NCBI GenBank assembly: GCA_017960845.1
Contig: JAGCYK010000033.1
Location: 1-38,989 of the forward strand
Direction: 5' to 3'
From: Clostridia bacterium
GTDB lineage: Bacteria; Bacillota; Clostridia; Christensenellales; Pumilibacteraceae
Length of the DNA: 38,989 bases
How positions within the stretch are numbered: position 1 is the first letter of the stretch; each line of letters begins with the position of its first letter. Made by a program: the position numbers and the translations under genes. A model generated the notes under the pieces. It saw nothing but the letters and a program-made list of their open reading frames with translations. It ran no database searches and was not told where the DNA came from. Positions 17,411 to 24,974 of this stretch are shown here, in pieces.

Positions 17411-17439
17411 TTGACAAAGAAATTCTTTTTTTCTATACT
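17411..17439 (+). promoter_or_regulatory. Promoter (TTGACA, 17 nt spacer, TATACT) giving a near-leaderless mRNA
   Basis: -35 at 17411-17416 and -10 at 17434-17439. The ATG at 17450 is only 10 nt past the -10 box and has no SD. Confidence 0.5.
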
Positions 17440-17449
17440 TTTTTTTGCT

Positions 17450-17962
17450 ATGGAACAGAAATCTTTGGGAATAGGCAAACTCAACATACTGGCAAGCTCT
17501 CTTGCTTTTTTGTTTGTCACATATATTTTGGTTATCTATATCACGCTAATGGTAGGAGATTCCCCGAACACAATAGCTTTTGAGATTGTTTCGGATTATG
17601 CCATTAACTGGGTTTACAGATTTATTCTTGTCTTGCTCGTATATCTTTGCGTTCTTTCTTTATTTATCTCAATTCCTGGATATCTTGTTCTTAAGGCAAA
17701 GAAGATTAAAAATTCAGCTAGAAGAGTTTTTGCTATAACCCAGGTTGCCGCTACCTTAGTGATGCTGCTTTGCGTTATTCTTTTCTGGTCAACTTTTGGA
17801 GTTCTGTTCAATGCGGATATGTCAACACCGTTTGCCACCCCTTATAGAATTCTCGAAGTTATATTTGTTCCAATCGTTCTTGGTCTTTTGATGTTCTCTA
17901 TTTTCTATGCTCCTTCTTCGGACATTCTAAAGAAACTCAAAAAACAGAAAAACAAGATTTAA
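17450..17962 (+). CDS. Polytopic membrane protein, function unknown
   Basis: About 170 aa with 4-5 hydrophobic helices. The track ORF's TTG start at 17411 coincides with the -35 box, so the ATG at 17450 is preferred. Confidence 0.55.
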   Translation: MEQKSLGIGKLNILASSLAFLFVTYILVIYITLMVGDSPNTIAFEIVSDYAINWVYRFILVLLVYLCVLSLFISIPGYLVLKAKKIKNSARRVFAITQVAATLVMLLCVILFWSTFGVLFNADMSTPFATPYRILEVIFVPIVLGLLMFSIFYAPSSDILKKLKKQKNKI

Positions 17963-17976
17963 TTAAACTAACACTT

Positions 17977-18007
17977 AAAAACCTCGGATTCGCTCCGAGG
18001 TTTTTTT
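17977..18007. terminator. Bidirectional terminator between convergent genes
   Basis: AAAA-CCTCGGA-ttcgc-TCCGAGG-TTTTTTT. Confidence 0.7.
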
Positions 18008-18029
18008 GATGCGTCCAACTGCTGGCTAG

Positions 18030-18860
18030 CTATATTCCTTTTATGTACGTTCTAGGAGAACTTCCGTTCAGGATATTTTTTATATCGTGCGTAGCGCTGC
18101 CTATTATAACTTCCATGCCCAGTTTAACGCAGGGCTTGATATACTCAAGTTTTGCAAAAGCTCCGTTTGCGCCAGATCTTGAGGCGCCGTTGCAGCCCTT
18201 TTGATACATCGTGATTTTGTTTATAACGTCTTCTTTTGTTCCGGTTATTTCCGTTATGAGCGAGCTCTTGTCCGAGATGTCTTTATATATTCCATCTAGC
18301 GTGGTTAGAATAAGCAAAGTTTTTGCACCTACTAGACATGCCGTCTGAGCTGCCGTTTCGTCGTTATCTACAAGCTCTACAACATTTTTGGATTGCTTTT
18401 CTTCGGAGATTTTGTTTATCTCCATTTTGCGAAGCTCTTCTACGGTAACCGCGTCGTTATAGTTTATAATAGGGATTGCGCCCTGGTCGGAAGCGCGCTG
18501 AAGAAGCTTTTTTATGTGATTCTTAGAAACGTCGTTGTTAAAGTGCTCATGCTGAACGAGAACTTGACGAACGGAATATCTTTGGTCTATGAATCTCCGG
18601 TACATCTCCATCAAAATGGTTTGTCCCTGAGCGGCATAGTCAGTTTTAACTTCCTCTTCCGAGCCTTCGACTTCGCATCCATTTCTACGCATATAGTCTA
18701 AGCGGCCAATCTCAACGGCTCCGGATGTTACCCAGGCAATCCCGGGGCGAAGCCAGTGGCCTATCATTGCAAATTTGTTGTAGTCTAGGTCTCCATGTTT
18801 TTTATCTACAAGCGCCATGCTACCTATTTTTCCAACTATTTCTATCATCTTAGCCCCCAA
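18030..18860 (-). CDS. Amino-acid kinase family protein, divergent glutamate-5-kinase (ProB)-like, no PUA domain
   Basis: 276 aa. Its motifs can be set against the canonical ProB pattern: VGKIGSMAL versus VKxGSS, WVTSGAVEIGR versus VSSGA.a.G, PIINYNDAV, and DNDETAAQTACLVGAKTLLILTTLDGIY versus GDNDxLSA...LLiLTDvdGly. There is an insertion of about 20 aa before the DND motif. Confidence 0.6.
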   Translation of the reverse strand: MGAKMIEIVGKIGSMALVDKKHGDLDYNKFAMIGHWLRPGIAWVTSGAVEIGRLDYMRRNGCEVEGSEEEVKTDYAAQGQTILMEMYRRFIDQRYSVRQVLVQHEHFNNDVSKNHIKKLLQRASDQGAIPIINYNDAVTVEELRKMEINKISEEKQSKNVVELVDNDETAAQTACLVGAKTLLILTTLDGIYKDISDKSSLITEITGTKEDVINKITMYQKGCNGASRSGANGAFAKLEYIKPCVKLGMEVIIGSATHDIKNILNGSSPRTYIKGI

Positions 18861-19584
18861 ACCCTAGCTCTGCTTCAATACTTGCAAGCTGAGAGAGCTT
18901 TTCTTTGAGCTCTAATGACTGATGCGCGGTATTCAGTGTGTTTATAAAACCGATGGAAAGAATTCTATATCTTCTACCGTCTCCGGCCTGAGCATAGTCT
19001 ATCATTCCGCTTGATACCGAAATGAGCTCGCTCTTTTTGTCCTGCATAATGGCGCCGGACATTGAAATAAGCCCACGGATTTGGCTGAGAATGGTGACAA
19101 GCTCTTTTATCTTCTCTTCCGGCTTTGCCTTTTCTGTTTCAACATCATTATCGCTATCAGGACTGCATACTTTAGCGAAAGCGTTCGCCATATTAAGCAC
19201 TATCGTGTCAAGGAACAGCTTGCACTCTTTCCCCTCTCCGAACGGACTATAAAAATAGTTGTCTAGCAAATCTTTGCAGCTTACCCGGCCTGTCACAATA
19301 GAATAAACGAGATTAACCGAAAAAGGAATGACGTCTTTTTCGGGTATCATTAGTGATAATTTTTCTCCGGTAGCAACTTTTGATTGTTCGAAACTTTCAG
19401 GAAAATCGTATCCGGCAGAATATGTTTGAAGAATCTTTGATAGTAGAGGCGACTCTGCTATTACCTTTAGTATCTCTTTTAGGTGCTCTTTAAGATCCTG
19501 GATTGTTTCCGGGCGGTTTTTTGTGGCTACGCCGTAGAAGCGCGATATTTCTTCGTTTTCTATTTCAATTCCATTATATTCCAT
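18850..19584 (-). CDS. Hypothetical cytoplasmic protein, no recognisable domain
   Basis: 244 aa with no TM helix or signal peptide. GGAG lies 11 nt upstream of the ATG. Its 3' end overlaps the kinase gene by 11 nt. Confidence 0.5.
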   Translation of the reverse strand: MEYNGIEIENEEISRFYGVATKNRPETIQDLKEHLKEILKVIAESPLLSKILQTYSAGYDFPESFEQSKVATGEKLSLMIPEKDVIPFSVNLVYSIVTGRVSCKDLLDNYFYSPFGEGKECKLFLDTIVLNMANAFAKVCSPDSDNDVETEKAKPEEKIKELVTILSQIRGLISMSGAIMQDKKSELISVSSGMIDYAQAGDGRRYRILSIGFINTLNTAHQSLELKEKLSQLASIEAELGFGG

Positions 19585-19605
19585 TTCTACAGTCTCCGTG
19601 CTTAA

Positions 19606-19634
19606 AGTATAGCAAACACTTTTGCCGATTGCAA
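19606..19634 (-). promoter_or_regulatory. Promoter of the two-gene unit (TTGCAA, 17 nt spacer, TATACT)
   Basis: Minus strand: -35 at 19629-19634 and -10 at 19606-19611. Confidence 0.45.
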
Positions 19635-19680
19635 TTTATTCTTTATTTTTTATATCAGATGAAATTTAGCTCTGCAAAAT

Positions 19681-19709
19681 AAAAAGCCTGCTTTCTTTCA
19701 AAAGCAAGC
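19681..19709 (-). terminator. Terminator after the small membrane protein gene
   Basis: The minus strand reads GCTTGCTTT-loop-AAAGCAGGC followed by TTTTT. Confidence 0.55.
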
Positions 19710-19734
19710 TTCTCTCTTTTTTTATTAGCCTTAA

Positions 19735-20058
19735 TTACTTTCCAACAAAATAGAAAGGAATGGTAATTATAGAGGTTATTGCTCCGCCGATTACGGTGCA
19801 CTCAAAAATTGTCACTATGTCATAGCCGGTAAGGGCAATCGGAAGCCAGGTTCCGAAAAAGACCACTATAAGCGCGCCAACGGCAACAAGGCCCCAAAGG
19901 GAAACCTTACGGCAATAATTAAACACAACAAAGGCAAACCAAAGCAGTGCGACTCCTAGAAGAATATATCCGGGAATATACCAGCGGAAAATCGCAGATA
20001 CGATGCATACTGCAGCGATTGCGCCGCTTAATATAGAAAGAAAAATGTTTTTTACCAT
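19735..20058 (-). CDS. Small membrane protein (3-4 TM), function unknown
   Basis: 107 aa, almost entirely hydrophobic helices. Confidence 0.5.
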   Translation of the reverse strand: MVKNIFLSILSGAIAAVCIVSAIFRWYIPGYILLGVALLWFAFVVFNYCRKVSLWGLVAVGALIVVFFGTWLPIALTGYDIVTIFECTVIGGAITSIITIPFYFVGK

Positions 20059-20175
20059 TTGCCTATCAACTCCTACTTACCAAAAAGCAATAACATTTTA
20101 TAGTAATCCCTTCTTAAAGTCAACAAATCTATCTTGTGTTTCCGCTTGTGCTTTTGCCTCCCCTGTCTAAAACAT

Positions 20176-20205
20176 TTGACAAATCGCTTAATTCGGGCAT
20201 ATAAC
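20176..20205 (+). promoter_or_regulatory. Promoter (TTGACA, 18 nt spacer, TATAAC) positioned for a leaderless transcript
   Basis: The -10 box ends at 20205 and the ATG is at 20212, only 6 nt later. There is no SD. Confidence 0.45.
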
Positions 20206-20211
20206 AAACAC

Positions 20212-21447
20212 ATGAAAACAATACCTATAACACTTATAACAGGTTACCTCGGAAGCGGAAAAACAACGCTTATAAATCACCTTCTTAAAAATACCGAGGG
20301 ATATAAAATGGCGGTTATCGTCAATGACATCGGCGAGGTCAATATTGACGCAAGCCTTATAGAAAACGGTGGAATAGTAACCGAAACGGATGAAAACCTC
20401 GTTGCCCTTCAAAACGGCTGCATATGCTGCACTCTTAGAAAAGACCTTATAGAGCAACTTGCAGAGCTTTGCAAAAGCGGTCGCTTTGACCATATAATGA
20501 TTGAAGCTTCCGGAATCTGCGAGCCTATTCCTATCGCTCAGACTATTACCTGGCTTGAAGACGAGTTCGCTCGAAACAAAATGCCAAAATACTGCAAGCT
20601 TGACGCCGTTATTTCAGTTACAGATGCGCTTAGACTAGCAGACGAATTTGGTTGCGGAGAAACCTTGCAGCAGGCTAAAAGAGGCGAAGAAGACATTGAA
20701 AACCTTGTCATTCAGCAAATAGAGTTTTGCGATATCATCCTATTAAACAAGGCTAGCGAAGTGTCAGCTAAACAGCTTAGTAAAATCAAGTCCATAATAA
20801 AGGCTATTCAGCCCTCTGCGGAAATAATAGAAACTGACTACTGCGATATCGAGATTAGTCGTCTTTTAGACACGAATCTTTTTGATTTCGAAAAGGCTGC
20901 TACTTCTGCCGGCTGGATGGAAAAGTTCGATAGTATGGATAATGAAATAGATGCTGATGATCACGACCATCACCATGACGACGATGACGATGATGACGAT
21001 GACGACCATGTAGAACACGAAGGCGCGCACCACCATCACCACCATCATCACGAGGTAAACGAAAACGACGAAGAAGGAACCGCAGACGAATACGATATCG
21101 GAACTTTTGTATATTTCAGGCGTCGTCCGTTTGATAGAAAAAAATTCGAGCGCTTTGCTAGCAAAAACTTTGGACGGATGATTATACGTACCAAAGGCCT
21201 AGTGTTCTTTTCAGATGATATGAGAATGAGCTACATTTACGAGCAAGCCGGAAAGCAAAAAGTGCTTTCAGAAAACGGAGAGTGGTATGCGACATTGCCT
21301 CAGCGGGATATTGATCACCTACTTAAAACCGATGCTCGCTTTGCTCATGACTGGGATGAAAAGTACGGCGACCGTATGATAAAACTTGTGTTCATCGGTC
21401 AAAACATAGATAGAGCAATGATAAAGAAGGCTCTAGACGAAATTTAA
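20212..21447 (+). CDS. COG0523/CobW-family GTPase metallochaperone with Asp- and His-rich insert
   Basis: MKTIPITLITGYLGSGKTTLINHLL (P-loop) and the NGCICCTLR (CxCC) motif. The linker DADDHDHHHDDDDDDDDDDHVEHEGAHHHHHHHHE is followed by a CobW_C-like C-terminus. The track ORF's TTG-initiated extension is rejected. Confidence 0.85.
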   Translation: MKTIPITLITGYLGSGKTTLINHLLKNTEGYKMAVIVNDIGEVNIDASLIENGGIVTETDENLVALQNGCICCTLRKDLIEQLAELCKSGRFDHIMIEASGICEPIPIAQTITWLEDEFARNKMPKYCKLDAVISVTDALRLADEFGCGETLQQAKRGEEDIENLVIQQIEFCDIILLNKASEVSAKQLSKIKSIIKAIQPSAEIIETDYCDIEISRLLDTNLFDFEKAATSAGWMEKFDSMDNEIDADDHDHHHDDDDDDDDDDHVEHEGAHHHHHHHHEVNENDEEGTADEYDIGTFVYFRRRPFDRKKFERFASKNFGRMIIRTKGLVFFSDDMRMSYIYEQAGKQKVLSENGEWYATLPQRDIDHLLKTDARFAHDWDEKYGDRMIKLVFIGQNIDRAMIKKALDEI

Positions 21448-21460
21448 TAAAAGACAATAA

Positions 21461-21499
21461 AAAAAGCGGGACCTATATATAAAAGGCTCCGCTTTTTTC
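21461..21499. terminator. Bidirectional terminator between the COG0523 gene and upp
   Basis: AAAAAGCGGGACC...GGCTCCGCTTTTTT. Confidence 0.6.
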
Positions 21500-21516
21500 A
21501 TGCGCTTTAGCTTTTA

Positions 21517-22146
21517 TTATTTTGTTCCGAAGAGTCTATCCCCTGCGTCTCCTAGGCCAGGAAGAATGTAATTAACCGAGTTTAGCTCGCGGTCTACTGT
21601 AGCAACGAAAATATCCACATCCGGGTGCGTTTCAGTCACTTTTTTAACGCCTTCCGGGCAACCTATTATTGCCATGAATTTTATGTTCGTTACTCCCCTT
21701 TTCTTTAGGAGCGATATTGCGTCGCACGCAGAGCCACCAGTAGCAAGCATAGGATCAAGCAATATAACATTCATGTTTGCTATGCCGTTAGGAAGTTTGC
21801 AGTAATACTCATGCGGAATTGCCGTTTCTTCGTCGCGGTACATTCCGATGTGTCCTACGCGCGCATTCGGGAAAATTTTATGAACTCCGTTTACCATTCC
21901 GAGCCCGGCTCTTAAAATGGGAACTATCGCCACGGTTTTTTCATCAATCATTTGCTGTTCGCATTTTTCAAGAGGCGTCTCTACAATAACGGTTTTAGTG
22001 GGAAGAAATTGAAAAGCCTGGTAACTCATAACGAGCGTAATTTCTTCAATAAGTTCCCTGAACTCCTTCATTGAGGTTTTTTTGTTTCTTAAAATTGCTA
22101 CTTTATGCCTAATAAGTGGATGATGATCTAATACCGATACAGACAT
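21517..22146 (-). CDS. upp: Uracil phosphoribosyltransferase
   Basis: 209 aa with ILRAGLGM, the LLDPMLATGGS PRPP-binding motif and YILPGLGDAGDRLFGT at the C-terminus. Confidence 0.93.
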   Translation of the reverse strand: MSVSVLDHHPLIRHKVAILRNKKTSMKEFRELIEEITLVMSYQAFQFLPTKTVIVETPLEKCEQQMIDEKTVAIVPILRAGLGMVNGVHKIFPNARVGHIGMYRDEETAIPHEYYCKLPNGIANMNVILLDPMLATGGSACDAISLLKKRGVTNIKFMAIIGCPEGVKKVTETHPDVDIFVATVDRELNSVNYILPGLGDAGDRLFGTK

Positions 22147-22167
22147 CTTTTTATTCTCCTTTTTGTT

Positions 22168-23721
22168 TTATTCTTCAGCCTCTTCTTCGGGCTCTAGACT
22201 CTCGCTTGCCCCGTCCTCTTCAAAAGGCTCTTCTTCGTCATCTACGCCGCTCGGCGCCGCTTCTGCTTTTGCGCCTTCACTATTTTTCTTATCGATAAGA
22301 TTTACAATAAGATTCGTTACAATGCCGAGGATAAGCGCTGTTGCAACAGCGGTAACAGTAATTGTCTTTTCTACAGCACCTGAATTTGCTACAGCATATG
22401 GAATTTGAACTGTAAGTCCGCCGATTCCGGCAATAAGTATTGCGGATACAACAAAGAGGTTTTTGTTCTGATTTAAGTCTAGGTCTTTAAACATTTTAAG
22501 TCCGGAAACCGCAATGAATCCATAGAGAGTTAAGCATACGCCGCCCATTACGCAAGAAGGAATTGTTTCAAGCACAACCATCACGGGGCGAAGGAAAGAC
22601 AGAACTATGCACATTAGCGCAGCAACAAAGATGGATCTAATCGAAGCGTTTTTCGTTATGGCAACGCAGCCTACAGATTCTCCATATGTTGTGTTCGGGC
22701 ATATTCCAAATACAGTACCCGCAATAGAACCAACGCCGTCTCCGAGAAGTGTTCTAGAAAGGCCTGGCTCATCATTAATGAGGTCTCTGCCGATAACTGA
22801 ACCAAGGTTTTTGTGGTCAGCGATGTGCTCAGCAAAAACAACGAACGCAACCGGAACGAATGCGATGGCAACTTCTAATACTCCGCTCCAGCTTATAGCG
22901 CTAGCCCCCGCTATAGGGTTAGCCTGGGCAAAGCCGCCGAGCTCTTGTATAGCTTCGATTAAGGCAAAATCCGGATAATTCAAAATTGCTGTAAAGCCGA
23001 CGAACTCTCCGCCCGAAACAAAGTTATTTAATATAGGTGAAAAGTCAATAATCTTTAAGTAGTCTAGGTTAGCAGCAATTCCGATGAACGTAAAGATCAT
23101 CGCACAAACATATCCTGCAGCTATTCCGAGAACGAACGGAATAAGGTTGAACATCTTTGTCTTTTTCTGGCACGAGCAAATAACTACCGTAAAGAAAGTT
23201 ACAAGTCCGCAAAGGAAAGCTACTAAGTTGTATCCTCCGTTTATTGCGTCTGCATTTGCTTTTACGATGTCTCCCATTGCGTTCCCGGCAAGAGAAAGTC
23301 CGATGATAGCAACTGTCGGGCCTATAACTACAGGCGGAAGCAGTTTGTTAACCCAAGCCGTTCCGGCAAAGTGAATTACAATTGCTATAATAACATACAC
23401 AAGTCCGGCAAGAATAGAACCAATGATTATTCCGCAGTAGCCATATGCAAGTGCAACAAAAAGCGAGTTTAGAAACGCAAACGAACTTCCAAGAAATACC
23501 GGGCTTTTAAACTTAGTAAAGAGAAGATATACTATCGTTCCTATTCCTGCGCCAAGAAGTGCGGCCGGAATTTGTGTAGGCAGACCTATTATTGCGGGAA
23601 CCGCTATGGTAGCTGCCATAATCGCCAAAACTTGCTGAAGTGCAAAGATAAGTAGCAAGCTGGTTTTGGGCTTGTCTTCTACGTCGTAGACTAGCCCGTT
23701 CTTTTTTACTGTGTCTTCCAT
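22168..23721 (-). CDS. pyrP: NCS2-family nucleobase (probably uracil) permease with an acidic C-terminal tail
   Basis: 517 aa, polytopic and NCS2-like. It lies directly upstream of upp, 21 nt away. The extra C-terminus is ...GVDDEEEPFEEDGASESLEPEEEAEE. Confidence 0.75.
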   Translation of the reverse strand: MEDTVKKNGLVYDVEDKPKTSLLLIFALQQVLAIMAATIAVPAIIGLPTQIPAALLGAGIGTIVYLLFTKFKSPVFLGSSFAFLNSLFVALAYGYCGIIIGSILAGLVYVIIAIVIHFAGTAWVNKLLPPVVIGPTVAIIGLSLAGNAMGDIVKANADAINGGYNLVAFLCGLVTFFTVVICSCQKKTKMFNLIPFVLGIAAGYVCAMIFTFIGIAANLDYLKIIDFSPILNNFVSGGEFVGFTAILNYPDFALIEAIQELGGFAQANPIAGASAISWSGVLEVAIAFVPVAFVVFAEHIADHKNLGSVIGRDLINDEPGLSRTLLGDGVGSIAGTVFGICPNTTYGESVGCVAITKNASIRSIFVAALMCIVLSFLRPVMVVLETIPSCVMGGVCLTLYGFIAVSGLKMFKDLDLNQNKNLFVVSAILIAGIGGLTVQIPYAVANSGAVEKTITVTAVATALILGIVTNLIVNLIDKKNSEGAKAEAAPSGVDDEEEPFEEDGASESLEPEEEAEE

Positions 23722-23754
23722 ATGTTGTTTCCTCCAAAAGGTGGTTTTATTGCA

Positions 23755-23785
23755 TAAAAAAAAGAAAATCCTGTACCGATTTTCT
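23755..23785 (-). terminator. Intrinsic terminator inside the permease leader (attenuator)
   Basis: The minus strand reads AGAAAATC-GGTACAG-GATTTTCT followed by T8, about 35 nt upstream of the RBS/ATG at 23721. Confidence 0.5.
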
Positions 23786-23904
23786 CTTAATTTCTAAAAT
23801 TGGGATTGTTATATAGGTCGGAAAAAATTCCGTTTTTATGTGCGCCCTGGGTGTAAACTATTGATGTGACCAAGCAAAACATTTTGTCTCTCCTAACCGC
23901 GAAA

Positions 23905-23933
23905 ATTATACCATTTTTTCGGGTTTGTGTAAA
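23905..23933 (-). promoter_or_regulatory. Promoter of the permease-upp unit (TTTACA, 17 nt spacer, TATAAT)
   Basis: Minus strand: -35 at 23928-23933 and -10 at 23905-23910. This predicts a leader of about 175 nt. Confidence 0.5.
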
Positions 23934-24007
23934 GGGGGTACAAAAAAAATACTCCATTATTTTTTGATGTTTCGCTCCTTGTTTTTGCCATTTATTCTTT
24001 AGCTTTT

Positions 24008-24964
24008 TTAGCCGCCAAACTCGCTTCGAACAGCCTCGCTTTTTAGCATAGATATAGCCTTAAAATCTATTTTCCACTCGCTAGCAAAATCCATATAATC
24101 AACTCTTTTTACTCCGCTGTCCTTAAGATTGTCCCAGCGCACTTGCTTTTGTTTTGCGTGCTTGTTTCTATACTCTTCGAAAGAAAGGAAAATGTCGCAC
24201 CTGCCCTTTCCTTTGTAAATCTCTCCGCCCATGTCGATTATGGCCATAACAAGTAGAAGATAGCCTTCAGTTTTATTGTTTGCTAGCGCCTCGTCTATGC
24301 AAATAATCTTTCCGCTAAGTTCTCCCGGCCCCGCTTTTTTCTTTGCGTAGTTTGTGGCTATTTTTTGAAGTATTCCTTTTGGGGCCATTGACAGCGTGCT
24401 GCTTAGCTCATCCTTTTCGCCTTCCTTTCCGGTTAAAAGAACATAGCCTTTGTCTTTAACGAGTTTTTTAAGAACTATCATGGACGCATATGCATCTTCG
24501 TCGCTTCGGTGGAATGAGATTTTCTCAACATCTTCATCTAATAGGCAAAGCGCTTTATCCAGCGAAACGGGCTGCTCTAACCCTAAATGCTTTTGAAAAA
24601 TCTGCTGAATGTCTCTTGCTTTGTAACGAAGAAGAGGCTTTTTATATCTAAAACATTCAGATAGAAGATATCCCATATCTGTTTTTACGTTGTAGCCGAA
24701 AATAATTCTATCCTCTTCTTCTAAAAGTGTTTTGATTTGTTCGTATTTTTCTATAAAATCCGGGCTGGCATTAATTTGCTTTACGGGATAAGCCAAAATC
24801 TTCTTTGCGACATATGCTTCGAATTTTGCGTTTGGACGAATAAGGATATCTTCTTTTTTAAGCACTTTAAAATGCACATCGGTAATAACATAACCAAATG
24901 TGCATATTTTTCCCATGCCATCATCGCAATTGGCGCATTCGATGTCAAAAAAGAGATAGTCCAT
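24008..24964 (-). CDS. DEDDh (DnaQ-like) 3'-5' exonuclease with a BRCT-like C-terminal domain
   Basis: 318 aa with ExoI FFDIECAN, ExoII-like IIFGYNVKTDMGYL and ExoIII HRSDEDAYA. The C-terminus LSGKIICIDE...MGGEIYKGKGRCDIFLSFE...GVKRVDYMDF fits the BRCT pattern. Confidence 0.65.
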   Translation of the reverse strand: MDYLFFDIECANCDDGMGKICTFGYVITDVHFKVLKKEDILIRPNAKFEAYVAKKILAYPVKQINASPDFIEKYEQIKTLLEEEDRIIFGYNVKTDMGYLLSECFRYKKPLLRYKARDIQQIFQKHLGLEQPVSLDKALCLLDEDVEKISFHRSDEDAYASMIVLKKLVKDKGYVLLTGKEGEKDELSSTLSMAPKGILQKIATNYAKKKAGPGELSGKIICIDEALANNKTEGYLLLVMAIIDMGGEIYKGKGRCDIFLSFEEYRNKHAKQKQVRWDNLKDSGVKRVDYMDFASEWKIDFKAISMLKSEAVRSEFGG

Positions 24965-24974
24965 AGCCCCCGCT

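Noticed and set aside
20059-20211. A Zur box upstream of the COG0523 gene
   Set aside because: No TCGTAAT-N-ATTACGA-like palindrome is visible. The nearest candidate (AATCGCTTAATTCGGG) is not dyad-symmetric.
20950-21051. GAC/GAT/CAC/CAT-rich DNA tract, considered as a tandem repeat or contingency locus
   Set aside because: It is an irregular mixture of synonymous Asp and His codons with no exact repeat unit. The encoded metal-binding low-complexity segment explains it.
23790-23880. Resemblance of the permease leader (AGUUUACAC...CGGAAUUUUUUCCGACCUAU) to the purine riboswitch J2/3-P3-J3/1 region (AGUUUCUACCGGGCACCGUAAAUGUCCGACUAU)
   Set aside because: Only short patches match. About 18 extra nt separate the J2/3-like and P3-like parts. 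I could not build a P2 helix or loop-loop partners by eye. An Infernal scan is needed, and I would not call it.
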